Shown here: piece after piece, positions 21,801 to 31,269 of the stretch
Position numbering within the stretch: position 1 is the stretch's first letter
Layout: every line of letters begins with the position of its first letter
Origin: Gammaproteobacteria bacterium
Lineage (GTDB): Bacteria > Pseudomonadota > Gammaproteobacteria > Steroidobacterales > Foliamicaceae
Reading direction: 5' to 3'
Assembly (NCBI GenBank): GCA_965213995.1
Contig: OZ243929.1
Location: 899,324 to 963,323, forward strand
Length of the DNA stretch: 64,000 nt
Notes under the pieces: model-generated
What the model saw: the letters and a program-made list of their open reading frames with translations, nothing else
The model's database searches: none
Told to the model about the DNA's origin: nothing
Program-made: the position numbers and the translations under genes

Positions 21801-22814
21801 ATGCCGGGTGCCGCTCCAGTGCAGGCGGCCACAACAACCGTTGTCTGCGGCTCGCTCGCCTACGACAACATCATGGTGTTCAACGGGCGTTTCAGCGAAC
21901 ATATCCTCCCCGACAAGGTAGATCTTCTCAACGTGGCCTTCGAGGTGCCGCAGTTGCGCCGGGAGTTTGGCGGCTGCGCCGGAAATATTGCCTACAACCT
22001 CTCGCTGCTGGGCGAAAAACCGCTGATCCTGGCCAGCGCAGGAAGCGATTTCGGCGGCTACCGCCGCCGCATTGAGGAATGGGGCCTGGACACGTCGCTG
22101 ATCAGCGAGCTGCCCGACCAGCTGACCGCGCAGGCCTACATCATCACCGACCTTAACGATAACCAGATCACGGCCTTTCATCCGGGAGCCATGAACCACG
22201 CCCATCGCCAAAGGCTGCCGGCCGGCGGCGGCGCGGCAATTGGGCTTATCTCGCCGGACGGGCATCAGGCCATGCTGGAGCACTCCCGGCAAATGCACGC
22301 GGCCGGCCTGCCCTTCCTTTTCGATCCCGGGCAGGGGCTGCCCACATTCAGCCGCGACGAGCTGCACGAGTGCGTGCGAATGTCGAGCTGGGTGGCGGTC
22401 AACAGCTACGAGGCGGAACTGCTGCTGCGCAATAGCGGCTGGAGCCACGATGCCTTATGCAGCGAAACCGGCGCCTTCATCGTGACCGACGGCGCCGAGG
22501 GCGCGCGAATCCATCACTCCGGGACCTGCGAATATATTCCGGCGGCCAAGGCGCGGAAAGCGGCCGATCCCACGGGCTGCGGCGATGCCTTCCGGGCCGG
22601 TCTCGCCTACGGTATTGCGCGCGGCTGGAACTGGCGCGACACAGGACGGCTAGCGGCCCTGCTGGGGGCCATTAAGGCCGAAAGCGCCGGCACCCAGAAC
22701 CATCGCTTCGAACGCGTCCGGCTTGAGGCGAAATTCAAGGAGAACTACGGCTATGAGATTGACCTTGGCGGCGGCATTGATGCTGCTTTGCCTGAGCCTC
22801 AAGGCCCAGGATAA
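21801..22814 (+). CDS. PfkB-family carbohydrate/nucleoside kinase
   Basis: VVCGSLAYDNIMVF..., GGCAGNIAYNL, and a C-terminal DPTGCGDAFRAG anion-hole motif of the ribokinase/PfkB family. Confidence 0.75.
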   Translation: MPGAAPVQAATTTVVCGSLAYDNIMVFNGRFSEHILPDKVDLLNVAFEVPQLRREFGGCAGNIAYNLSLLGEKPLILASAGSDFGGYRRRIEEWGLDTSLISELPDQLTAQAYIITDLNDNQITAFHPGAMNHAHRQRLPAGGGAAIGLISPDGHQAMLEHSRQMHAAGLPFLFDPGQGLPTFSRDELHECVRMSSWVAVNSYEAELLLRNSGWSHDALCSETGAFIVTDGAEGARIHHSGTCEYIPAAKARKAADPTGCGDAFRAGLAYGIARGWNWRDTGRLAALLGAIKAESAGTQNHRFERVRLEAKFKENYGYEIDLGGGIDAALPEPQGPG

Positions 22815-25551
22815 CGAAGCCGCCTGGCGCGAAACGCTCGAACGGATCCGCCCGTCGGTGGTATCGCTGCGCGTCAACAAGACGCGCCCCTTCGACACCG
22901 AATCGAATAAGCTGCTGGACGGCACCGGCTTTGTGGTGGACGCGGAACGGGGCATCATCCTCACCAACCGCCATATTGTGTCCACCGGCCCGGTTCGCGG
23001 CGAGGCGCTGTTCGCCAACCAGGAGGAAATCGAGCTTGAGCGCGTCTACGCCGATCCCGTGCATGACTTCGGCTTCTTCCGCTACAACCCGGCCAGCCTG
23101 CGCTACATCCGGCCCGAAGGCCTGGAGCTTGCGCCGGAAGCGGCGCGGCTTGGGCTCGAGATACGGGTGGTGGGAAACGACGCAGGCGAGCGGTTCTCGA
23201 TTCTGGCCGGCACCATCGCGCGGCTGGACCGCGCTGCGCCCGACTACGGCTTCGGCCGCTACAACGATTTCAACACCTTCTACATCCAGGCGGCATCCGG
23301 CACCTCGGGCGGGTCGTCAGGCAGCCCGGTCATCGATATCCAAGGCCGCGCCGTGGCGCTGAACGCCGGTGGCCAGGTGCGCGCCGCCAGCAGCTATTTC
23401 CTGCCTCTGGACCGCGTGCAGCGGGCGCTGGAGCTGATCCGGGAGGGCCAGCCGGTACCGCGCGGGGGGCTGCTGACCACCTTCGAGCAACTGCCCTACG
23501 ACGAGCTGCGCCGGCTAGGCCTTGACGAAGCGTCGGAGGCCCGCGCGCGCAACGCTTTTCCGGACAGCGCCGGACTGCTGGTCGTGCGTTCCACGCTGAA
23601 GGGAACGGCCGCCGCGGCGCAACTGAAGTCCGGCGATATTCTGCTGCAGGTCGGGGCCGAGCGCTTTCCCGACTTCGTTCGCTTGGAAGGCGTGCTCGAC
23701 GAGCAGGCGGGCGATGCGGCCACGCTGATTATCGAGCGCCAAGGAACCATGCATGAGGTGCTTGTTGAAGTCAGCGATCTGCACCAGGTCACGCCGGCCG
23801 AATACATCTCGTTCGGCGGCGCCTTCATGCATCAGACCTCTTACCAGCAGGCCCGGCACTTCAATGTTCCTCTCAACACCATCTACGTGGCCCATCCGGG
23901 CTACATGCTGGGCTTGGCCGCAATCAAGAATGGCTCCATCATCCGGGAAATCAACGGTCGGCCGCTGGAAAACCTCGACGACGCGGAGCGGGCGCTGGCC
24001 GAACTCGGCCATGAGGATGTCGCGCAAATCCGCTTCAGCACGCCGCGCAACCCAAGATCCAACCAGTTGCGGAGCGTCCGCACGGGCCGGAGGTGGTTCG
24101 CGGCGGAACGCTGCCGGCCGAGCCTATCGAGCGACGAGTGGTCGTGCCGGGAACTGGCGCCGGCGCCGGCGGCGCAAGCCGCCGAGGCGCGCATCACCCA
24201 GCCACGCCAGTTCGGCGATCCAAGGCTGCGGCGGATCGCGCCTTCGCTAGTGCATGTGCAGTACGACATGCCGTACATCGTTTCCGCAGTGAACGGCCAG
24301 CACTACTATGGCGGCGGGCTGATCGTGGATGCCGGGCGCGGGTGGGTGGCGGTGGACCGCAATACGGCGCCGGAAACCATCGGCGACGCGGTGCTCACGT
24401 TCAACGGCACGCTGGAGGTCACGGCGGAACTGGCCTATATCCATCCGGTGCATAATCTCGCCGTGCTGAAATATGATCCGGCCTTGCTCGGCGCCACGCC
24501 GCTGAAATCCGCGTCATTCGCGCCGCGCCTGCCCAAGACCGGCGAAGAGGTTTTTCTGGCCGGCTTCCGTCCCGACCTGGAACCTGTCATCCGCTCCTAT
24601 GAAGCGGGCGAACTCAAGCTCATTGATCTCGAACCGTCCAACTTTGGCGCTTTCCGCGAATCCAACTTGGAAATCCTCGAGATCGACAACGCCGATGAGC
24701 AGATTTCCGGCGTGCTGCTCGATTCAAGGGGCCGGGTAAGCGCCTTGTGGAGCAGTTTCGCCACTGGTTCCGGCAAGCGCGCGCAGGAAATTGCGGGCGG
24801 CATTCCTGCGGAGAACATCGAAGTGATGCTGGATCATCTGCGTCGCGAGGCAGACTGGCGATCGCTAGAAGTGCTGTGGCAGCGCACACCATTGAGCGTG
24901 GCGCTTAGACGCGGCCTGCCGGAAAACTGGCGCGAGCGGATCGAGGCGCATGACCGCGAGCGGCGGCAGGTGCTGAGCGTGTCGCGAACCGTTGCCGGCA
25001 CACCTGCGGCGGCGGCGATGCAGCCCGGCGATATCCTGCTCACGATCAACGGCAGCCTCGCCACCCGGCCACGGCAAGTGGAGCGCGCGGTCGCAGGGCG
25101 GACCGAGGCCGAGGTGGTTGTGTGGAGAAATGGCAAGGAAGTTGAGCTGGCCTTCGATACGGTGGACCTAGGCTGGGGGGGAGTGCGCGAGGTGCTGTTT
25201 TGGGCCGGCGCGCTGGTGCAGGACCCGCAGCGCGGAATGGCCGCGCAAATGGCGATTCCGCCGCAAGGCGTCACCATTCAGCACTACACCTACGGTTCCC
25301 CGGCCCACCGCTACCTGCTGCCGGCCCGGTTTTTTCAGATTACCAGCGTGAACGGAATGCCCACAGGCAGCCTAGCGGAATTCTCCGGAATGCTGAGACG
25401 CTCCGGCGGCCAGCGGATCATGCGCGTTGAGGGCATCACGGGCACCGGCGCAACCAAGGTCGCCACCGTCAAGCTGGATCCCGGCTACTGGCCCAGTTCA
25501 CGCCTGCTCCACACGGACAGCGGCTGGCAACGTCTGCCCCTCGCGGAATAG
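22753..25551 (+). CDS. large secreted trypsin-like serine protease with PDZ domains (Nma111/HtrA-like)
   Basis: ORF 22723 (TTG) trimmed to ATG 22753, giving signal peptide MRLTLAAALMLLCLSLKA. Catalytic motifs TNRHIV and GTSGGSSGSPVID. Long C-terminal duplicated protease-like/PDZ region. Confidence 0.8.
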   Translation: MRLTLAAALMLLCLSLKAQDNEAAWRETLERIRPSVVSLRVNKTRPFDTESNKLLDGTGFVVDAERGIILTNRHIVSTGPVRGEALFANQEEIELERVYADPVHDFGFFRYNPASLRYIRPEGLELAPEAARLGLEIRVVGNDAGERFSILAGTIARLDRAAPDYGFGRYNDFNTFYIQAASGTSGGSSGSPVIDIQGRAVALNAGGQVRAASSYFLPLDRVQRALELIREGQPVPRGGLLTTFEQLPYDELRRLGLDEASEARARNAFPDSAGLLVVRSTLKGTAAAAQLKSGDILLQVGAERFPDFVRLEGVLDEQAGDAATLIIERQGTMHEVLVEVSDLHQVTPAEYISFGGAFMHQTSYQQARHFNVPLNTIYVAHPGYMLGLAAIKNGSIIREINGRPLENLDDAERALAELGHEDVAQIRFSTPRNPRSNQLRSVRTGRRWFAAERCRPSLSSDEWSCRELAPAPAAQAAEARITQPRQFGDPRLRRIAPSLVHVQYDMPYIVSAVNGQHYYGGGLIVDAGRGWVAVDRNTAPETIGDAVLTFNGTLEVTAELAYIHPVHNLAVLKYDPALLGATPLKSASFAPRLPKTGEEVFLAGFRPDLEPVIRSYEAGELKLIDLEPSNFGAFRESNLEILEIDNADEQISGVLLDSRGRVSALWSSFATGSGKRAQEIAGGIPAENIEVMLDHLRREADWRSLEVLWQRTPLSVALRRGLPENWRERIEAHDRERRQVLSVSRTVAGTPAAAAMQPGDILLTINGSLATRPRQVERAVAGRTEAEVVVWRNGKEVELAFDTVDLGWGGVREVLFWAGALVQDPQRGMAAQMAIPPQGVTIQHYTYGSPAHRYLLPARFFQITSVNGMPTGSLAEFSGMLRRSGGQRIMRVEGITGTGATKVATVKLDPGYWPSSRLLHTDSGWQRLPLAE

Positions 25552-25567
25552 CCTGCCCTCCAACCGA

Positions 25568-25691
25568 GGAGGGCGCTTCGATTCGCCCTCTGCTTGCTCC
25601 CTTCCTCCGGGAGACGCATAAATACATCCATGTAGCTTGCTCCGGCATCCCTGCCTCCGATACTCCCGGAGGAAGGGAGCAAGCAGAGGGC
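25568..25691. repeat. nested-hairpin intergenic repeat, copy 3
   Basis: Flank GGAGGGCGCTTCGATTC. Arm GCCCTCTGCTTGCTCCCTTCCTCCGGGAG (25585-25613) is perfectly complementary to CTCCCGGAGGAAGGGAGCAAGCAGAGGGC (25663-25691). 49-nt loop. Confidence 0.9.
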
Positions 25692-25717
25692 TTGCGGGAT
25701 GCCGACCCTCTTAGGGT

Positions 25718-25850
25718 CCGCGCCAGCCGAAGCCTTTTTGCGCGCTTGCCTCTCGCGGGAGACGCCATCCTTGGCTCGGTTCCGCCATCCATGGCTCCAA
25801 CGCTCCCGCGAGAGGCAAGCGCGCAAAAAGGCGAACCCGAAGCGACCTCC
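25718..25850. repeat. nested-hairpin intergenic repeat, copy 4 (loop in 'flip' orientation)
   Basis: Flank CCGCGCCAGCCGAAGCC. Arm CTTTTTGCGCGCTTGCCTCTCGCGGGAG is perfectly complementary to CTCCCGCGAGAGGCAAGCGCGCAAAAAG. Loop ACGCCATCCTTGGCTCGGTTCCGCCATCCATGGCTCCAACG. Right flank GCGAACCCGAAGCGACCTCC. Confidence 0.9.
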
Positions 25851-25891
25851 GCAGGGACTAAGTGCGGAATCGGAGCGGTGCGGGCGGCGGG

Positions 25892-27115
25892 TTAGCGCAT
25901 GGCGCGGGCGGCAAGCTGGCGCTTTAGGGGAGGGAGGCGATCGACGGCGGCCATGCCGAGGGCGGCGATCGGAGCGGCGGGGCCGCTGAAGGCCGCGTTG
26001 ATGGCGTGTACGCCGAACGACATCTCGTGGCCGTAGCGGGTACGTTCGCGGGCGAAGCGGGCCAGCGCGCGGGCATCGCCGATCATCGTTTTGCCTTGCT
26101 CGGCGCATACGCGGGCGAGCGCATCCGCATCGCCTATCCCCAGATTAAGGCCCTGGCCGGCCAGCGGATGCACAACCCGCGCGGCCTCGCCCACCAGAGC
26201 GTAACGCTCGCCGCACATCCGCGCCGCGACACCGCGGCGCAAGGGAAACGAAACGACCGGCGTGGCCGGAACCAGCCTACCCGCCACCGAAGCGCTGGCC
26301 TCGTTCAGCGCCTTGCCAAGGGCCCTCTCGTCGAGGCCGCGCAGCGACTCGGCGAGGGCGTTGGGCATGCTCCACACGATGCTCCAGCGCATCGCGCCCA
26401 GCGGAAGCAGCGCCAGCGTTCCGCCCTCCGCAAACCGCTGCCAGGCAGTGTCCCCGCCGGATTGATCCGATTCGGCTTCAAATACCAGAGCGCGCTGGCC
26501 ATAGCCCCGTGAATCGAAGCCGATGCCCAGCAACTGTCTGAAGCTGGAATCGCCGCCGTCGGCGCCTACCACAAGCTCGGCGGCTATTTCGCTGCCGTCC
26601 TGAAGCTTCAACAGCCCGTGTTCCGCCGTGATTTCCAGTGATTCGAAGGCGGCGCCGGAACGCAGATGGACTCCCGGGCATTCCTCGGCCAGCTCCCAGA
26701 GCGCGCGGCGCACGGGGCCCTCGTAAGCAACGCAACCCAAGGCGGATACGCCCAGTTCAGCTGCATCGAAGGTAATCGAGTTTCCGGGCGCCGGAGGGCC
26801 GTCTCCGCGCCAGACCACCATCCGGGAGAACGCATGCCCTTCCGGAACCAGCGGCGTTGCGCCTTCGCTGAAGGCGGCGGCATCCCCCCTGCCGGAAGAA
26901 GCGGCGCCGTTATGCCGAAGCCCGCATTCAGCCAGCACCTCCGCCACGCCGGGCGAAAGGGTCAGCGCGCGTTGCGGCGCCCTGCCGCCTGATCTCCCCG
27001 GCACGGAGCGCTCCGCCAACGCAACCTCCCATCCGCAGCGGCGGTTGAGCAGCAGCGCGCAGGCCAATCCCACGATGCCGCCGCCGGCCACCGCAGCCGG
27101 CAATCTTTCCCTCAC
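25892..27115 (-). CDS. UbiH/UbiF/VisC/COQ6-family FAD-dependent hydroxylase (ubiI/visC position)
   Basis: ORF 25892..27364 trimmed to GTG 27115-27113, which overlaps the ubiH stop in GTGA. N-terminus VRERLPAAVAGGGIVGLACALLL is an FAD GxGxxG motif. Gene order pepP-ubiH-this gene. Confidence 0.8.
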   Translation of the reverse strand: MRERLPAAVAGGGIVGLACALLLNRRCGWEVALAERSVPGRSGGRAPQRALTLSPGVAEVLAECGLRHNGAASSGRGDAAAFSEGATPLVPEGHAFSRMVVWRGDGPPAPGNSITFDAAELGVSALGCVAYEGPVRRALWELAEECPGVHLRSGAAFESLEITAEHGLLKLQDGSEIAAELVVGADGGDSSFRQLLGIGFDSRGYGQRALVFEAESDQSGGDTAWQRFAEGGTLALLPLGAMRWSIVWSMPNALAESLRGLDERALGKALNEASASVAGRLVPATPVVSFPLRRGVAARMCGERYALVGEAARVVHPLAGQGLNLGIGDADALARVCAEQGKTMIGDARALARFARERTRYGHEMSFGVHAINAAFSGPAAPIAALGMAAVDRLPPLKRQLAARAMR

Positions 27116-28422
27116 AACGGCAAGCCGCGCGCCATGCGGGACATCCGCCCGCCCTGCCCCAGCGCGAAACGCGCCAGCAGCGGCTTGGCTTGCGGGGCCA
27201 GATCGAAGGCCTGTAAGGCCAGGCCACGCAAAGGGCGCAGCAACGAGCGGCGGCTCAGCCGTGCCAGCGTATCGGTGAATCGGACCACATTGGCCTGGTC
27301 GCGGCGCCGCCAGCTGGCGTAGCGGGACAGCAGCTCGGCATCGCCAGGATCGGGCGGGGGGCATCGTTGCGCGCCAAGGTCCGGCGGTCCTTGTTGCGCG
27401 GCAAGCGTTTCGGTCAGCGCGGCAATATCCCGCAGGGCCAAGTTGAATCCCTGGGCAGCCAGCGGATGCATGCTGTTGGCTGCGGCGCCCACCAGCACGG
27501 CGCGCGGCGCCGTCACGCGGGCAGCGCGGCTCAGCGCCAGCGGATAGGCGGCGCGGCGCCCCACGCGCACGAATTCGCCGGCCCGGTAGCCCACGAGTTC
27601 CTGCAAGCGCGCCAGCAAATCGGCGTCTTCCATGGCCTTGAGGGCAGCGGCTTCGTCGCGGCTGGACACGATCACGAACCCGTAGCGATTCCCGCCCGCC
27701 GGAATCAGCGCCAGCGGCCCCTGAGCCGTAAAGCGCTCCCAGGCGGTGCGGGGCCTGACCAGCTTGCGGACCTGCACCAGTCCGGTAACCGCCATCTGCG
27801 CGTAGTCGGTCTGCTGCGCGGGAATCCCGAAGGCATCGCGCAAGGGCGAACGCGCGCCTTCCGCCACGGCAAGCAGCCGCGCCTTCACGGTTCGGATCGT
27901 TCCGCTCCGGCCGGTTCCGGCCTCGCCGCCATCGCTGTTTGCGCCGCCAGCCTTTGCTTTGCGCTCGCGCGCAACCGCGCTGTCTTCAATGCGGGCGGCA
28001 ACCGAACCGGAGCCGGTCTCCACGGACCGCACCCGCGCCGGACAAAAGATTTCGATGTTTTCAAGCTCGCGCAGCTTCTCCCAAAGCGCCTTTCCGAGCA
28101 CCCGGTTGCGAACCACGCAGCCCAAGTTGTCCAGCCCTTCCGCTTGGGCTTCGATGCGCGCCGCGCCGAAGCAGCCGCGCTCGGAAATCTCCACCGCGCC
28201 GATCGGGCAGGCCGCCTCGTCCAGCCGCGGCCAGACATCGAGCCGCTTGAGAATGCGGACTCCCGTGCGGGCGATGGCGCTGGTCCGGTCATCCAAACTG
28301 GGCTGCCCCGGGTCCCCTGGCGCAACGGCCTCCGCCACGGCCACCTTCAATCCCTGTCCCGCCAAGGCCACCGCGAGGCTGGCGCCTGTAAGACCTCCGC
28401 CGGCCACTAGGACATCGCGCAT
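27112..28422 (-). CDS. ubiH: 2-octaprenyl-6-methoxyphenol hydroxylase
   Basis: Track ORF 27112..29478 trimmed to ATG 28422-28420 (MRDVLVAGGGLTGASLAVALA). The upstream part of that ORF is antisense or out of frame to pepP. Shares 1 nt with the pepP stop codon. Confidence 0.85.
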   Translation of the reverse strand: MRDVLVAGGGLTGASLAVALAGQGLKVAVAEAVAPGDPGQPSLDDRTSAIARTGVRILKRLDVWPRLDEAACPIGAVEISERGCFGAARIEAQAEGLDNLGCVVRNRVLGKALWEKLRELENIEIFCPARVRSVETGSGSVAARIEDSAVARERKAKAGGANSDGGEAGTGRSGTIRTVKARLLAVAEGARSPLRDAFGIPAQQTDYAQMAVTGLVQVRKLVRPRTAWERFTAQGPLALIPAGGNRYGFVIVSSRDEAAALKAMEDADLLARLQELVGYRAGEFVRVGRRAAYPLALSRAARVTAPRAVLVGAAANSMHPLAAQGFNLALRDIAALTETLAAQQGPPDLGAQRCPPPDPGDAELLSRYASWRRRDQANVVRFTDTLARLSRRSLLRPLRGLALQAFDLAPQAKPLLARFALGQGGRMSRMARGLPL

Positions 28423-29732
28423 CAGAGCGATCCGACCAGCGCCTCGACTTGTTCCGGGTCCTTGGGCAGCGCATCCGTGAGCACCTCGTGCCCGGATGGC
28501 GTCACCGCCACATCGTCCTCGATCCGAATGCCGATCCCGCGGAACGCCGCAGGCGCTTTGTCGTTGTCCGGCGCAATGTAGATGCCGGGTTCGACCGTGC
28601 AGCACATGCCGGGCTCCAGCGCCCGCGGCTTGCCGTGGGCTTCGTAGTCGCCCACATCGTGAACGTCCATGCCCAGCCAGTGCGAGGTGCGGTGCATGAA
28701 GAACTCGCGGCAGGCCCCGTCGCGCACCAGCTTGGCGAGCCCGCCCTCGAGCAGGCCGATGCGCTTCAGGCCCTTGGTGATGACATCGATCGCGGCGTGA
28801 TGCGGATCGAGAATGGAGACGCCCGGCTCGATGGCGCCGATGGCCGCCTGCTGCGCTTGAAGCACGATTTCGTACACAGCGCGCTGCTCGGCGGAATAGC
28901 GCCCGCCCACCGGCCAGGTGCGGGTAATGTCGGAGGCGTAGCCTTCGAGCTCGCAGCCCGCATCCACCAAAAGCAGGTCGCCGTCCGCCATCCGCGCGTT
29001 GTTGTCGGTATAGTGCAGCACGCAGGCATTGGCCCCGGAGGCCACGATGGAAGGATACGATTCGGGCGCGCCGCCCTGCTTGAACCGGTAGATCAGCTCC
29101 GCCTCGATTTCGTATTCGTGCATGCCCGGGCGGGTGCGGCCCATCGCTTGCTTGTGCGCCTCCACGGCCAGCGCCGCCGACCGGCGCATGCAATCGAGTT
29201 CCGCTTCGCCCTTGCACAAACGCATTTCGTGCAGGTAGTAGTCCAGCGCGGCGATTTGCACAGGCGCCTTGGTGCGCTCCTTGGCCCGCTCGCGAAGGCG
29301 CTTGAGCCATCCGCCCAAGCGCGCCTCGAATTGCGGGTGGCGGCCGAGGTCGTAGCGCACCGTGTCCACGCCTTGCAGCAAGTCCGGCATGATCTCGTCG
29401 AGTTTTTCCACGGGATAGGCGGAATCGGCGCCGAATGCCGCCATCGCGCCCTCGGGACCGGCGCGCTTGCCGTCCCACAGCTCGCGAACGGGATCGCGTT
29501 CGCGGCAGAACAGCACGAAGGGCCCCTCGGGTCGGCCGGGCAGCAGCACGGCGACCGCTTGCGGCTCGGCAAACCCGGTGAGATAAAGCAGATTGGTGTC
29601 CGGGCGGTAGGGATAATCCACATCCCTGCTGCGGGTGCGCTCCGGGCTGGCCGGCACAATGGCGGCGCAGCCGGGTCCGAGCGCTTCGATCAGTTCGCCG
29701 CGGCGCCGGACGAATTCTTCAGGCGTGAGCAT
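28422..29732 (-). CDS. pepP: Xaa-Pro aminopeptidase
   Basis: N-terminal AMP_N region (YPYRPDTNLLYLTGF) and M24 metal ligands (DAGCE..., HWLGMDVHDVG, EPGIY, RIEDD). Confidence 0.9.
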   Translation of the reverse strand: MLTPEEFVRRRGELIEALGPGCAAIVPASPERTRSRDVDYPYRPDTNLLYLTGFAEPQAVAVLLPGRPEGPFVLFCRERDPVRELWDGKRAGPEGAMAAFGADSAYPVEKLDEIMPDLLQGVDTVRYDLGRHPQFEARLGGWLKRLRERAKERTKAPVQIAALDYYLHEMRLCKGEAELDCMRRSAALAVEAHKQAMGRTRPGMHEYEIEAELIYRFKQGGAPESYPSIVASGANACVLHYTDNNARMADGDLLLVDAGCELEGYASDITRTWPVGGRYSAEQRAVYEIVLQAQQAAIGAIEPGVSILDPHHAAIDVITKGLKRIGLLEGGLAKLVRDGACREFFMHRTSHWLGMDVHDVGDYEAHGKPRALEPGMCCTVEPGIYIAPDNDKAPAAFRGIGIRIEDDVAVTPSGHEVLTDALPKDPEQVEALVGSL

Positions 29733-29822
29733 GCCGAGATTTTAGCCGGTCGGCCGGTTCCCATACGACAAAAAACACCATTGAACGAGAATTGCCGGCC
29801 TTCCGTGCTATATTCGCGCTCC

Positions 29823-30047
29823 ATGACACAGGAACACAACCTGCACGAAGAGATTGAGTTGCTGTCCGAGCGGGTCGATGAACTGCTCGAAGCCAACGAT
29901 CAACTGCGCCGTGAGAACGCAGCGCTGCTCGACCAATGCGAGAAATTGCAAAGCGAGCGCTCGCGGCTGTTCAACACACGGGAGGAAGCGCGTCAGCAGG
30001 TCGCCGAGATGGTTCAGCGGCTGCGCAGCATGGAACGCAGCGTGTGA
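29823..30047 (+). CDS. small coiled-coil protein (ZapB-like/TIGR02449-type) upstream of zapA
   Basis: ATG 29823 inside the spurious 532-aa antisense ORF. The 74-aa heptad-rich sequence is EIELLSERVDELLEANDQLRRENAALLDQCEKLQSERSRL. Same position as in the Pseudomonas-type zapA locus. Confidence 0.6.
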   Translation: MTQEHNLHEEIELLSERVDELLEANDQLRRENAALLDQCEKLQSERSRLFNTREEARQQVAEMVQRLRSMERSV

Positions 30048-30379
30048 CCGGCGAGTTCGAGACTGTGAAGCTCAGAATTCTGGGCGAGAACCACACTATC
30101 GCTTGCGAACCTGAAGACCGCGAACTTCTGAAAAACGCCGCGCCGCTCCTCGACGAGCATATCGAAGCCGTGCAGCAGCAGGATCCCCTGCTCGATACCG
30201 CCAGCGTTTTCATGCTGGCCGGCCTGAAGCTGGCCGCCACCCTGCTGCAGTCGCAACGAGCGGCGGAGCGCGGCAACACGGAAACGCTCGACAGCGTGCG
30301 CAGCGTCCGGCGGCGCGTGGAGCGGCGCTTGGAAAAAGGAGCGGCCGCCGAGGGCGCCAAAGTCCAGGCGGCAGGCTGA
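30044..30379 (+). CDS. zapA: cell division protein ZapA
   Basis: GTG 30044 overlaps the upstream stop (GTGTGA). VKLRILGENHTIACEPEDRELLKNAAPLLDEHIEAV...MLAGLKLA is typical of ZapA. Confidence 0.8.
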   Translation: MTGEFETVKLRILGENHTIACEPEDRELLKNAAPLLDEHIEAVQQQDPLLDTASVFMLAGLKLAATLLQSQRAAERGNTETLDSVRSVRRRVERRLEKGAAAEGAKVQAAG

Positions 30380-30494
30380 ATCGGCCCGAAAAGAGGGGTT
30401 GCCCGCCGGAAAAGAGGCGCCCGAACCGGAGCCAGCGCATCCCCGCCGGGAATATCCGCGGCGCGCCCTCGACACAAGACCACGAAGCCGCAAT

Positions 30495-31076
30495 ATGCCC
30501 ATTGATGACCTGCGCTCCGCCCTGCGCAAGGCGCGCGAAAACTTAAGCGGCGCCCAGCGCGAAGAAGCCGCCGGACGCTGCGCGCGACGCGCCCGCGCCC
30601 TGCCGGCGCTCCGGCGCGCGCGGTGCATCGCGGCGTATATGGCCCATCGCGGCGAAATATCCTGCGGGCCGATTATCGAATGGGCGCTGGAACGCGGCGC
30701 CAGCGTGCTGCTGCCCGTGGTCGCAGGAAAGCGCATGCGCTTCACCCCATGTCATCCCGGCGAGACGCTGAGGCCGAACCGATGGGGAATTCTCGAGCCC
30801 GAGTGGCAGCCCCGGCGCTGGGTCAGCGCGATACGTCCGAGCGTGGTCCTCATGCCGCTGGTGGCCTTCGACTCCGCAGGCAATCGGCTCGGCCAGGGAG
30901 GCGGCTACTACGATCGCGCGTTCGCGTTCCGCAGTGCCGCGAAGAGCTGGCGGCGCCCCCTGCTGGTGGGCCTGGCCTACGAGTTTCAGCAAGTGGGCAA
31001 GCTCAATGCCAAGCCGACCGACGTGCCGCTGGATGCGGTGCTCACCGAACGGCGGATCCACCAGTTCCAGCGCTGA
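30495..31076 (+). CDS. ygfA: 5-formyltetrahydrofolate cyclo-ligase
   Basis: ORF 30399..31076 trimmed to ATG 30495 (MPIDDLRSALRKAR). Motifs GEISCGPIIEWA, LLPVV, PLVAFDSAGNRLGQGGGYYDR. Confidence 0.85.
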   Translation: MPIDDLRSALRKARENLSGAQREEAAGRCARRARALPALRRARCIAAYMAHRGEISCGPIIEWALERGASVLLPVVAGKRMRFTPCHPGETLRPNRWGILEPEWQPRRWVSAIRPSVVLMPLVAFDSAGNRLGQGGGYYDRAFAFRSAAKSWRRPLLVGLAYEFQQVGKLNAKPTDVPLDAVLTERRIHQFQR

Positions 31077-31269
31077 TCCGGATCATGGAGGAAGGCAGGG
31101 AGGAGCCTTCCTGTCCTCGGAGGGCCGGAAGCCTTCGTTGACCCGCGGCGGGGTCAAGCCCTCGCTCCCGGCGGACACTCTCGCTCGGGGAGCAAGCCAT
31201 TGCTCCATATAATGGCGGCATCCGGTTACCCGCGAGGCTGTTTCTCGCCCCCCTTTACGGCAAAGCCGA

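Noticed and set aside
27112-29478. A single 788-aa ORF spanning ubiH and part of pepP
   Set aside because: Only the C-terminal 436 aa (from MRDVLVAGGG at 28422) look like a UbiH-type flavoprotein. The N-terminal part is an out-of-frame overlap with pepP and is Arg/Gly-rich nonsense.
30380-30494. 6S RNA (ssrS), expected by synteny between zapA and the 5-formyl-THF cyclo-ligase gene
   Set aside because: Only about 115 nt separate the two CDSs, against about 180 nt for a typical 6S RNA. I found a 9-bp closing helix (CGAGGGCGC at about 30350 with GCGCCCTCG at about 30463) but no convincing long interrupted hairpin with a central bubble. cmsearch with RF00013 would settle it.
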